From: Candidatus Levyibacteriota bacterium
Lineage (GTDB): Bacteria > Patescibacteriota > Microgenomatia > Levybacterales > UBA12049
DNA: 64,000 bases
Assembly (NCBI GenBank): GCA_029260905.1
Contig: JAJDCH010000009.1
Coordinates: 26,498 to 90,497, forward strand
Reading direction: 5' to 3'
The notes beneath the pieces are model-generated. The model made no database searches and was not told where the DNA came from. It saw only the letters and a program-made list of their open reading frames with translations. Positions 17,863 to 26,344 of this stretch are shown here, piece by piece. Positions within the stretch are counted from its first letter, which is position 1. Every line of letters starts with the position of its first letter. The translations under genes were made by a program, and so were the position numbers.

Positions 17863-19038
17863 ATGAAATTCATCGATGAAGTAACGATCAAAAATAAAAC
17901 AGTTCTCCTCAGAGTTGATTTCAATGTCTCACTTTTTGAAAATCTCTCCATTTCTGATGATCTTCGTATCAGACAATCAATCCCAACCATCAAATACCTA
18001 CTCAAAGATCACAATAAAATAATCCTGATTGCTCACCTCAATGATCCTGAAAAAAGAGATAAAAAAGAATCACTCATCAGAGTCAAGAATAGGCTTCATG
18101 AATATCTTCCTGATAAAAAAATCCATTTTGTTGAAGACTTTACAAAAAATCCTGAAGGGATAAAAGACATGGATAGCGATATCGTGATGCTTGAAAATAT
18201 CAGATTTTATGAAGGTGAGAAAAAAAATGATCCTGAGTTTGCCAAATCCTTGGCAGGACTTGCAGAAATATACGTCAATGACGCATTTGGGGTCTCACAC
18301 CGTGATCATGCATCAATTGTCGGTATTCCCAAATATCTTCCATCTTTTGGAGGTCTACTTCTGAAAAAAGAAACAACTATTCTTAAAAGGGTTATGGAAA
18401 ATCCCCAAAAACCCTTTGTCGCAATAATTGGCGGCAAAAAAATAAGAACCAAAATAAAATTTATAACTAGACTTGTTAAGGTTGCTGACTATTTGCTGCT
18501 TGGCGGAGGTCTTGCCAATACTTTTCTAGCAGCAGAAGGATACAAAATGGGTGATAGTCTTGTTTCAAGTGAGGATATCAAGATCGCAAAAGACATCCTT
18601 TCTCATGCAAGATACCACAAAACTAGATTTGAACTGCCTGAAGATGCAGTAGTCGCTGATGATAAAAACGATAAAGAAACAGAGGTTAGAAAAGTGGAAG
18701 ACCTTGAACCAGAGGACGAGATCCTTGACATAGGCCCAGAAACACAAGCTGAATTCGGATCAATTATCGCTAAAGCCAAGACAATTATCTGGAATGGGCC
18801 TGTTGGTTACATGGAAAACCCAGTCTTCAAAAGAGGAACTGATTTTCTTTATTATGCAATAACTCACAATACTGATGCTGTTTCAGTTGTCGGAGGTGGA
18901 GATACGCTTGCTGCAATTGCCAAAAAAGAATATCTGGATAAAATAACCCATATCTCAACAGGTGGTGGAGCAATGCTTTTCTATATCGAAAACGGCACCC
19001 TCCCAGGATTGCAAGCGCTTGAAAAATCAAACAACTAG
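17863..19038 (+). CDS. pgk: phosphoglycerate kinase (divergent substrate-site residues)
   Basis: RVDFNV, LENIRF, NDAFGVSHR, DIGPET, WNGPVG, GGGDT, HISTGGGA. Confidence 0.93.
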   Translation: MKFIDEVTIKNKTVLLRVDFNVSLFENLSISDDLRIRQSIPTIKYLLKDHNKIILIAHLNDPEKRDKKESLIRVKNRLHEYLPDKKIHFVEDFTKNPEGIKDMDSDIVMLENIRFYEGEKKNDPEFAKSLAGLAEIYVNDAFGVSHRDHASIVGIPKYLPSFGGLLLKKETTILKRVMENPQKPFVAIIGGKKIRTKIKFITRLVKVADYLLLGGGLANTFLAAEGYKMGDSLVSSEDIKIAKDILSHARYHKTRFELPEDAVVADDKNDKETEVRKVEDLEPEDEILDIGPETQAEFGSIIAKAKTIIWNGPVGYMENPVFKRGTDFLYYAITHNTDAVSVVGGGDTLAAIAKKEYLDKITHISTGGGAMLFYIENGTLPGLQALEKSNN

Positions 19039-19472
19039 TGCCATTTGTTGAATTCTTCAAACATCTTAAGTCTTTTTTCTGAACCATCGTATCTCGCATC
19101 AAACCAAGCAGATAAAATTTTATCAAGCCTTTCTGAATCAATATCCCAAGCTGTCAGACACAATACATTGCACTTATCTTTCTCTACTGCCCATGAAGCA
19201 ATCTTTTCATTGGTCGCTAGACATGCGCGAATTCCTGAAAATTTATTCGCCCCCACCTCAACACCAATTCCTGTGCCACAAGTCAAAACACCCTTGTTTT
19301 CCTCATTTTGCAAAACTTTACTTGTAACTTTGGGGATCATCTCCTCAAGCGTCATTTCCTCATCTTTATTTTGAACACCCAGATTTTTATATTCCAAACC
19401 GCGGGATTGCAAAAACCCCTCAACCAGTTTTACGACTTCAAATCCGTGCTTGTCTCCAGCAATATAAATCAT
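19035..19472 (-). CDS. rpiB: RpiB/LacA/LacB family sugar-phosphate isomerase (Cys type)
   Basis: AGDKHG, CGTGIG, ANKFSGIRA, NVLCL. Confidence 0.85.
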   Translation of the reverse strand: MIYIAGDKHGFEVVKLVEGFLQSRGLEYKNLGVQNKDEEMTLEEMIPKVTSKVLQNEENKGVLTCGTGIGVEVGANKFSGIRACLATNEKIASWAVEKDKCNVLCLTAWDIDSERLDKILSAWFDARYDGSEKRLKMFEEFNKWH

Positions 19473-20296
19473 AATTTATAATCCTCTCTCTGTTTTATCT
19501 CCATTATCATTTTAGCAATTATCTCGTCGTATGAATATTCAGGAAGACCAAGCCCTTTCAATTTGTCTAAGCTATCCGAAATAACTGGTGTCTTGTCCTT
19601 TTTATCAACTGGTGTTATTTGTATACCAAAAGGCGTCAGGATATCCCACGCTGTATCATATCTTGTTTTTTTCTCACGAGTTCCAACAGTAATAATCTCA
19701 CCAACAATTTTTCTATCAATAATTTTTTCTATGACTTCAGATATGTGACCTATGTATGTTTGATGAGCCTTCCAGGAAATATCATAGACAGCCTCAGTCT
19801 TGCCATCCAGATTATTCAAAAGCCTATTGAAAGCGCGGTCATTTATAGTGTTTGGACTAATTCCAAGAACATGACAAGGTCTTATTATCACCCATCCATT
19901 CTTTGCCATCTTAATATACTTTTCACTTTTCTTCTTTGTTCGGCTATATACACTAAATGGGTTTTTTGCGGCAATTGATGATATGTAAATAATTTTTGCA
20001 CCGATCTTATCAGCAGCTGTTACAATATCTTTTGTTGATTCTTGATTAATTCTAATTGCTTCCTCAGAATGAGCCTCACACCACTTGGCCTCAGCTGCTG
20101 CAGCATGAATAATTATGTCTGGCTTTATCTTATTAAAAACCCGCTCAATCTCTTTTTTGTCAGTAATCTCAAGATGAATAAACTCATTAAAAATCTTATT
20201 TTCCCTATAGCTACCAACGACTTTATATTTACTGCGTAAATCAAAATATAGCCTTGCACCCAGATAACTACTAGCACCAGTCAGAAGAATTTTCAT
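19469..20296 (-). CDS. NAD(P)-dependent oxidoreductase, RmlD-like SDR
   Basis: MKILLTGASSYLG, PDIIIHAAA, YISS, YSRTK (YxxxK). Confidence 0.85.
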   Translation of the reverse strand: MKILLTGASSYLGARLYFDLRSKYKVVGSYRENKIFNEFIHLEITDKKEIERVFNKIKPDIIIHAAAAEAKWCEAHSEEAIRINQESTKDIVTAADKIGAKIIYISSIAAKNPFSVYSRTKKKSEKYIKMAKNGWVIIRPCHVLGISPNTINDRAFNRLLNNLDGKTEAVYDISWKAHQTYIGHISEVIEKIIDRKIVGEIITVGTREKKTRYDTAWDILTPFGIQITPVDKKDKTPVISDSLDKLKGLGLPEYSYDEIIAKMIMEIKQREDYKL

Positions 20297-20322
20297 AATT
20301 TAGTAAACCAGTAAATGAAGAG

Positions 20323-20409
20323 CGGAGAGGGCGAGATTCGAACTCGCGGTAGGCTTGCACCCACAGATGTTTTCAAGACATCCGCACTAGACCACTATGC
20401 GACCTCTCC
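20323..20409 (-). tRNA. tRNA-Ser(TGA)
   Basis: GGAGAGGTCGCATAGTGG...GATGT CTTGAAA ACATC, long variable arm, TTCGAAT, G73. Confidence 0.95.
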
Positions 20410-20442
20410 AAGTCTTCGTATTGTAGCAAAAAAAGGAAAATT

Positions 20443-20946
20443 TTACACTTTGAGGAAACTACCAACAACTACCCCCACAGTTGTGGCGATGGCGCCGATG
20501 ATGAACAGCTCAATTGCCGATCTCCAAGGTCTATGCTCAACTATTTTCCCCTTAAGATAACCTATTACGAAGAGTCCGACAAAGGATGATGCAATTGCGG
20601 CATTTCGCGCATCTGGCTGATCAAAAATAATCGTTGGGATAATAGGAAACATACCACCAATTAAATATGCAAAAAACATAATAACAGCACCCAAAAACAA
20701 ACTGTCTTTGTGTCTTCCTGTCTTATCCATCTGATGAACAGCCTTCTCACTGGAGTATTGTCCAGCGCCCATTGAAGATGCCTCCACCATCACAGCCACA
20801 ATCGCCGCAAGAACTATAACTGCCTTATCTGTGACGCCAATTGATATTCCAACCACAACTCCTGTTGTTGAGACTATACCATCCTGGAGTCCAAACATCA
20901 TAGACCTAAAATAATCTTCATGTAGAGCTGATCTTAAATTTTTCAT
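20443..20946 (-). CDS. VIT1/CCC1 family iron/manganese transporter
   Basis: FGLQDGIVST, SMGAGQYSS, several TM helices. Start set to ATG at 20946 since the upstream extension is a tRNA. Confidence 0.9.
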   Translation of the reverse strand: MKNLRSALHEDYFRSMMFGLQDGIVSTTGVVVGISIGVTDKAVIVLAAIVAVMVEASSMGAGQYSSEKAVHQMDKTGRHKDSLFLGAVIMFFAYLIGGMFPIIPTIIFDQPDARNAAIASSFVGLFVIGYLKGKIVEHRPWRSAIELFIIGAIATTVGVVVGSFLKV

Positions 20947-20954
20947 AAACGCTG

Positions 20955-21040
20955 CGGAGGAGACAGGATTCGAACCTGCGTGAGTATTTCTACTCAGGAA
21001 TTTAGCAAACTCCCGCAATGGGCCTCTATGCGACTCCTCC
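20955..21040 (-). tRNA. tRNA-Ser(GCT)
   Basis: GGAGGAGTCGCATAG...GGAGT TTGCTAA ATTCC, long variable arm, TTCGAAT, G73. Confidence 0.93.
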
Positions 21041-21080
21041 AGTGTGTTGGTGCATTATATCATCAAGAGGCTATTTCTTG

Positions 21081-22265
21081 CTACTTGTTTTGGTTTTCCA
21101 AAACCTCATTAACCGGTTCAATAAGACGAACTAGAGGTGTTAAAAGTGCCGCCATAACAAAAGTAATTATAATTGCTGATTTCAAATCCAAATGCGCCCC
21201 AGCAATAAGAATAATTACCCAGGGTAAAGCTTTACCAACTCCGCCTGCTATCTCCATGTCTGTAAGATAAGCTGTTATGTCATACTTACGCGCAGCCTGA
21301 TAGAATCTAATCGTGTAAGGAATACTACTCATATTATCAGACATATCTCCCAAAAAATTAACACCAAAAGCGCTTAAAAATGAGTTTGTAAAAGCTCTTA
21401 AAACATGAACAATTGAACGAAACCCTGAGCCAATTCTCAACAACATTGAATTCTTTCCCTTGTCACCTGATTTGCCCATAACTCTAAGAAGAAAAATAGA
21501 AAGTAAAAGAGTTGCTGATGCAATAGCGCCAACATCCTGATATGTTTCAACCGAGAGATAAATAAAAAGTGGCCAGATAAGAACCCCCACCATTGTTTGG
21601 ACATTCATAGCAAAACTAGCAATAAGATGATTAATCGGTGCAGTTTTCATGAGATTTATGTTTGCTTTTTTAGGAACTGGTGGCTCAAGTGTTTTAAGCA
21701 GCGGATAAGAAGCAAGAATGAGCCCCCCACCTGCGACAAGAAAACCATATTCTATACCAAATTGTGTTGCAATCACACCACCAATAAATGGTGCCATACC
21801 TTGTGCAGCGTATGAAAAAATTAGAAGCGTTGTATACTCTGTAGTAGGCTCTTTCTCACTTATTATGGTTGCAAGATCAATATGTCTTGCCATCCAAAAA
21901 GTTCCAAGCGCTATGCCGCCTAAGATTCCTGCAAAATACAAAAGAGTACGGTTTTGAGGAAGAAAATAAAGTGTAATGGTATAAAGAAACATCAAAACAT
22001 AACTTAATATCAATATGTGTTTGGGGCCAAATCTCTTAGCAAGAATTGCTGCAAATGGATTAAAACTGGTTCTAACAAGCTCTGCAAAAATAAAAAACAT
22101 AGCAAGTTGAACTGTTGAAAAACCGAGATTAAAAATGTAGATTGGCACAAAAATCCCGATTAAACCAAATGCAAAAACATAAAAAGAAAGCGAGATATAA
22201 AGCTCATTCATTTCAGTAAAGTGCGGGTGGTGAATTTTTAAGTGCTGATGCAGATAATCGGGCAT
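21081..22265 (-). CDS. MFS transporter
   Basis: About 12 hydrophobic segments, AILAKRFGPK motif-A-like loop, APFIGG; start at ATG 22265, 6 nt after an extended -10. Confidence 0.85.
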   Translation of the reverse strand: MPDYLHQHLKIHHPHFTEMNELYISLSFYVFAFGLIGIFVPIYIFNLGFSTVQLAMFFIFAELVRTSFNPFAAILAKRFGPKHILILSYVLMFLYTITLYFLPQNRTLLYFAGILGGIALGTFWMARHIDLATIISEKEPTTEYTTLLIFSYAAQGMAPFIGGVIATQFGIEYGFLVAGGGLILASYPLLKTLEPPVPKKANINLMKTAPINHLIASFAMNVQTMVGVLIWPLFIYLSVETYQDVGAIASATLLLSIFLLRVMGKSGDKGKNSMLLRIGSGFRSIVHVLRAFTNSFLSAFGVNFLGDMSDNMSSIPYTIRFYQAARKYDITAYLTDMEIAGGVGKALPWVIILIAGAHLDLKSAIIITFVMAALLTPLVRLIEPVNEVLENQNK

Positions 22266-22305
22266 GAGTTCAATATAACACAAACAGCTTCTTCCCAAAA
22301 ACTCC

Positions 22306-22369
22306 TTGAGATCAAAATATCAGTGTTGTATAATTCAGTTCCACTTAGCTTAGTGTTAATATAAGTTAA
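22306..22369 (+). promoter_or_regulatory. sigma70 promoter and downstream palindromic operator for the FTR1 gene
   Basis: TTGAGA(22306)-17 nt-TATAAT(22329), then inverted repeat TTAGCTTA-N9-TAAGTTAA (22345-22369). Confidence 0.5.
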
Positions 22370-22374
22370 TCATT

Positions 22375-23187
22375 ATGTTTTCGTCTCTGCTTATTACATT
22401 TCGAGAAACTCTTGAAGCGGCACTTGTCGTTGGAATTGTCCTGACTTTTTTGACAAAAACCAATCAAGTCTTATTTAAAAAATTTGTCTGGCAAGGTGTG
22501 GGATTGGGGGTTCTACTTTCAATAATTCTTGCTTTTGTTCTAGAAGCATTCTTTGGCGGGTTTGAAGGGAGAACAGAAGAAATTTTTGAAGGAATACTTA
22601 TGTTTATCACTGCAGGATTTCTAACCTGGATGATTATGTGGGTTCACAAACAAAAAGACATTGCCAAAAACTTAAAAGAAAAAGTTGCTCTTCACGCTAA
22701 AAAGGGCTACGGAATTGGTATAATTTTTCTTGTGACATCATCTGTTTTCCGAGAAGGAATAGAAACAGTCCTTTATCTTAAAGCAAGTAGTCTTGCCGGT
22801 GTCACAAATCAGTTAACTGGGGCTGTAATTGGAATCATTACGGCGCTTATTCTTGGCTATAGTCTTTTTCGCTTTGCAATAAAAGTAAACCTGTCTATTG
22901 TATTTAATGTGACAAGTGTTTTTCTTCTTTTGTTTGCAGCAGGTCTTGTGGGTCATGGAGTTCATGAATTTCAGGAAGTTGGAATTATTCCAATTTTTTC
23001 ATTTGATCCTTTATGGAATATTTCAAATATCCTTGACCATTCAAGTATTCTTGGCAGTTTTCTCAGAGTACTTTTTGGCTACACCAGCAAGCCTACATTT
23101 GTCGAGTTTTTTTCATATGCGACATATATCTCCTTAGTGCTTTTAATCCAAAAACTCACTGATCAAAAACTGAAAGGTTTAAGATAA
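22375..23187 (+). CDS. FTR1/EfeU family iron permease
   Basis: Two RExxE motifs (FRETLEA, FREGIET), GVHEFQE, multiple TM. Confidence 0.93.
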   Translation: MFSSLLITFRETLEAALVVGIVLTFLTKTNQVLFKKFVWQGVGLGVLLSIILAFVLEAFFGGFEGRTEEIFEGILMFITAGFLTWMIMWVHKQKDIAKNLKEKVALHAKKGYGIGIIFLVTSSVFREGIETVLYLKASSLAGVTNQLTGAVIGIITALILGYSLFRFAIKVNLSIVFNVTSVFLLLFAAGLVGHGVHEFQEVGIIPIFSFDPLWNISNILDHSSILGSFLRVLFGYTSKPTFVEFFSYATYISLVLLIQKLTDQKLKGLR

Positions 23188-23190
23188 TAT

Positions 23191-23607
23191 ATGAACATGT
23201 TCAAACCAGTTACGGCTAAATCCGTTGATGAATATATCAATATGCTCACACCTGAGCGTAAAAAAACCATTCTCTATCTTCATGAGAAGATACAAAAAGC
23301 CTCCCCCAAGCTAAAAGCCCATTTCTCATACAATATGCTTGGCTATGGTAGCTTCAAATACAAAAATTATAAAAAGGAGATTATTGATTGGCCAACCATA
23401 GCGCTTGCCAGTCAAAAAAACTACATAAGTCTTTATATCTGCGCGCTTGAAAATGGAGAATATATTGCTGAAAAATACAAAGACAAGCTTGGCAAAGTAA
23501 ATGTTGGAAGATCTTGCATCAGATTTAAAAAACTTGAAGACCTTAACATAACTGAAGTTGAGAAAATAATAAAACTTGCCTCCAAAAACCCTGGCTTGAC
23601 TGTTTGA
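23191..23607 (+). CDS. DUF1801 domain protein
   Basis: SVDEYI, YNMLGYG, LASQKNYISLY, GRSCIRFKK. Confidence 0.85.
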   Translation: MNMFKPVTAKSVDEYINMLTPERKKTILYLHEKIQKASPKLKAHFSYNMLGYGSFKYKNYKKEIIDWPTIALASQKNYISLYICALENGEYIAEKYKDKLGKVNVGRSCIRFKKLEDLNITEVEKIIKLASKNPGLTV

Positions 23608-23638
23608 CAACTAGATAAAATTGGATTAAAGTTAAATT

Positions 23639-24202
23639 GTGCCTGCCTCAGAACAGAAAAAAACAAAAAGTGATAAACAACAAGAACATGATCATAATTT
23701 TGAACATGAGGTTGTAACCTATCTTGAGTGGCACGCTCCAGGACGCCCCTTCAAAGAACGTACATTTGAATTTTTTGCCAACGCCTTTCTTATCATGATG
23801 GCAATAGAAATAATTCTATTTCTTTTTTCTGAATATTTTTTGATGCTTGTTGTTTTTGCATTGGTCTTCCTCTCGTTTGCACTAGCTCTTGTCCCGCCTA
23901 AAAATTTCTACTATACCATCTCATCTGAGGGTATAAGAGTAGAAGATCATTTCTTTATCTGGGATGAGCTCTATGATTTTTATATCCTAAAAAGACACAA
24001 TCGCGAAACAGTTCATGTTACAACAGCTTCATTTTATCCAGGAGAGCTGGTACTGACTATTCCCAAAGACATGGATACTGATTTGGTAAAAAAAATCCTT
24101 CTTCCACATCTTCCATTCAGGGAATACGTAAAACTCACTTTTGTTGAAAAAGCCGGCGACTGGCTGGAAAAAAACTTCCCTCTTGAAAAAAGTATTTCCT
24201 GA
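23639..24202 (+). CDS. conserved membrane protein (two TM plus PH-like domain)
   Basis: LEWHAPGRPFK, two TM helices, ISSEGI...FFIWDEL; GTG start 6 nt after TTGACA-17-TAAAGT. Confidence 0.75.
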   Translation: MPASEQKKTKSDKQQEHDHNFEHEVVTYLEWHAPGRPFKERTFEFFANAFLIMMAIEIILFLFSEYFLMLVVFALVFLSFALALVPPKNFYYTISSEGIRVEDHFFIWDELYDFYILKRHNRETVHVTTASFYPGELVLTIPKDMDTDLVKKILLPHLPFREYVKLTFVEKAGDWLEKNFPLEKSIS

Positions 24203-24217
24203 ACTTATATTCTCAAG

Positions 24218-24305
24218 CGGAGGGTACAGGATTTGAACCTGTGAATCCACCAAAGGCGGATCGAGTTTTCGAAACTCGTGCAATTGACCACTATGCGAAC
24301 CCTCC
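24218..24305 (-). tRNA. tRNA-Ser(CGA)
   Basis: GGAGGGTTCGCATAGTGG...CGAGT TTCGAAA ACTCG, long variable arm, TTCAAAT, G73. Confidence 0.94.
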
Positions 24306-24314
24306 ACAAAACTG

Positions 24315-24388
24315 TACTCCCGGCGGGATTTGAACCCACGACCTCAACATCCGCAATGTTGCGCTCTATCCAGCTGAGCTACGGGAGC
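24315..24388 (-). tRNA. tRNA-Arg(GCG)
   Basis: GCTCCCG TAGCTCAGCTGGATAGAGC G CAACA TTGCGGA TGTTG AGGTC GTGGG TTCAAAT CCCGC CGGGAGT A. Confidence 0.93.
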
Positions 24389-24447
24389 ATATGCTGTATT
24401 TTACCTAATCCAGATGAGGCATGCAATTAAAGAATTTTCTCAGTCGA

Positions 24448-25221
24448 CTATTTGCCAGGGGGCTTAGCGGCACCTGTAATTGCGGCAACTGATAAGACAT
24501 AAAAAGCAACTGATACCAAAACAGTGTAGATTAAAATCTTGCCCGTTATCTTCGCGGACTTTGATGCTTTTGGATGTTCTAGAAGCCAATTTGAAACCTT
24601 ATCCTTAACCATAAGAGACTTGGCTATTTTACTTTTTATGCTTTCAATTTTTTGCTCTTCTGAAGAATCTTCATCTTCCAAGACAGCATTAACCTCATTA
24701 CGATCTCCTTGAAGGTCTTCTCTTGCATCTTGCATTTGCTGCTCTATGTTCTGTTCTTCATTATTACCTTCTCTATCCTCACCAAAGTTTTCATCTGGAA
24801 AAAGCTCTCTTCTGGCATCATCGCGGTTAAAACCTGCTATTTCCTCAAGTGGCATTGACTCAAAAGCTCCAAGCCTTGCTTCTTCTGGAAATTCTGAAAG
24901 CGTACTGCCAATATCGCTTTTAATATCATCCCATGGCTTATCGCTTTTCTTTGCGTCAGCAACAATCTCATTCAGTCTTCTTCCTGCTTTTTCCAGTCTT
25001 TCCGCATCTACACCAGGTCCGAACAATGTTCTAAATCCCTCTTCCGGACCGCCTGTTTTGACTGCTTCTACCACTTCTTTAGCACGTGCATCATAAGATT
25101 TTCCTTCATTTTCTGTTGACTCAGAAAAAAGTGGCGCAGGAGTTATTTCAGGCATTGGATTTGTGTCAGGTCCTGGACCTAATTCTTCTGATGTATCATT
25201 CATATAGTTTTCTTCTGTCAT
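24448..25221 (-). CDS. hypothetical acidic protein with C-terminal TM anchor
   Basis: AGGAGG Shine-Dalgarno before ATG at 25221; E/D-rich body; C-terminal ILIYTVLVSVAFYVLSVAAI. Confidence 0.7.
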   Translation of the reverse strand: MTEENYMNDTSEELGPGPDTNPMPEITPAPLFSESTENEGKSYDARAKEVVEAVKTGGPEEGFRTLFGPGVDAERLEKAGRRLNEIVADAKKSDKPWDDIKSDIGSTLSEFPEEARLGAFESMPLEEIAGFNRDDARRELFPDENFGEDREGNNEEQNIEQQMQDAREDLQGDRNEVNAVLEDEDSSEEQKIESIKSKIAKSLMVKDKVSNWLLEHPKASKSAKITGKILIYTVLVSVAFYVLSVAAITGAAKPPGK

Positions 25222-25361
25222 TTTATATCCTCCTTTCAGTTTATGCAAACAGTAATTATATAAGTTATAATAATACCCAGTATTTTATCTAAATACGATC
25301 ATTCTAGCTTTATATTTACTTAACAAACATCTTATAAAATATCAAAAAATAAAAATTAAAT

Positions 25362-25723
25362 ATGAAAAACAATAAAACTGAAGCTTTTAAAAAACGCCTT
25401 TATGTCTTTGTGCTAAAACTAATTAAATTCATAGAGAGTCTTAAAAAATCTCAAACCAGCAAGGTGATTGGAAACCAACTACTAAGAAGTAATACTGGCA
25501 TTTTGGGAACTTATATAGAAGGCCTATCAGCCAGTTCAAAAAAAGAATATACAAATTATTTTAACTACTCATTAAAATCTGCAAATGAAAGTGGGTTTGG
25601 ATCTGCATACTGAGAGATACTGGAAACGGGAATAAAGAAAAAGCAAGCTCTTTACGTAAAGAGCTTGAGGAAAAAAGAAAATTATTTGATTTTTCATACT
25701 TATCTTTACTATTTTATTTTTAA
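25362..25723 (+). pseudogene. four-helix bundle protein (23S rRNA IVP / bAvd-like), frameshifted
   Basis: QLLRSNTGILGTYIEG...SSKKEY...SLKSANES, then the family-like continuation VWICILRD...ELEE resumes in the -1 frame at about 25595; could be a sequencing error. Confidence 0.75.
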
Positions 25724-25739
25724 TATTTAATTTAAAACC

Positions 25740-26165
25740 ATGAAATTTGAATTTTCAGCAGGCGGAGTTGTCTTTAAAAAAACAACTAGCAAAACCTTTA
25801 TTTTAATTGCGCAGCACTCTTTTCATCACAACTGGGTCTTCCCAAAAGGCTTAATTGGTGATGAAGATAAGAATGAAACCAAAGAACAGACAGCCATTCG
25901 CGAGGTGGAAGAAGAAACAGGAATAAAAGCCAAAATCTTAGCACCACTTAAGCCTGTTACATTTTGGTATGTTTTTGAAGGAAAAAAAATCAAAAAGACT
26001 GTTTATTATTTTTTGATGGAGCATATATCTGGTGATACCACCAAGCATGATTTTGAAATGGAGGCAGTTGAGTGGATTCCTGAAAATAAAGTTTTTGATA
26101 AGCTTGCATACAAATCAGATAAAAAAGTTTGGGAAGATGCTAAAAAACTGATATCTAATAACTAA
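25740..26165 (+). CDS. NUDIX hydrolase (Ap4A hydrolase-like)
   Basis: SAGGVV, WVFPKG, Nudix box G....ETKEQTAIREVEEETGI, KTVYYFLM. Confidence 0.92.
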   Translation: MKFEFSAGGVVFKKTTSKTFILIAQHSFHHNWVFPKGLIGDEDKNETKEQTAIREVEEETGIKAKILAPLKPVTFWYVFEGKKIKKTVYYFLMEHISGDTTKHDFEMEAVEWIPENKVFDKLAYKSDKKVWEDAKKLISNN

Positions 26166-26171
26166 TTACTG

Positions 26172-26258
26172 CGGAGGGAGGGGGATTCGAACCCCCGATA
26201 ATCTTTCGACCATACGAGCTTTCCAAGCCCGCGCACTCGACCACTATGCGATCCCTCC
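26172..26258 (-). tRNA. tRNA-Ser(GGA)
   Basis: GGAGGGATCGCATAGTGG...CGGGC TTGGAAA GCTCG, long variable arm, TTCGAAT, G73. Confidence 0.95.
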
Positions 26259-26344
26259 TATTTGGGTATTGTAACAAAAACACCTCAGCCAGTCACCCAA
26301 ACCACCTTGACAACCCCCTCAAAATACATCACACTAAAATTAGT

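Noticed and set aside
20315-21270. ORFs 20315-20560 and 20980-21270 and the VIT1 5' extension
   Set aside because: They overlap tRNA-Ser genes or are antisense shadows of real genes.
25362-25723. Diversity-generating retroelement suggested by the Avd-like fold
   Set aside because: No reverse transcriptase or template/variable repeat pair was seen in the window.
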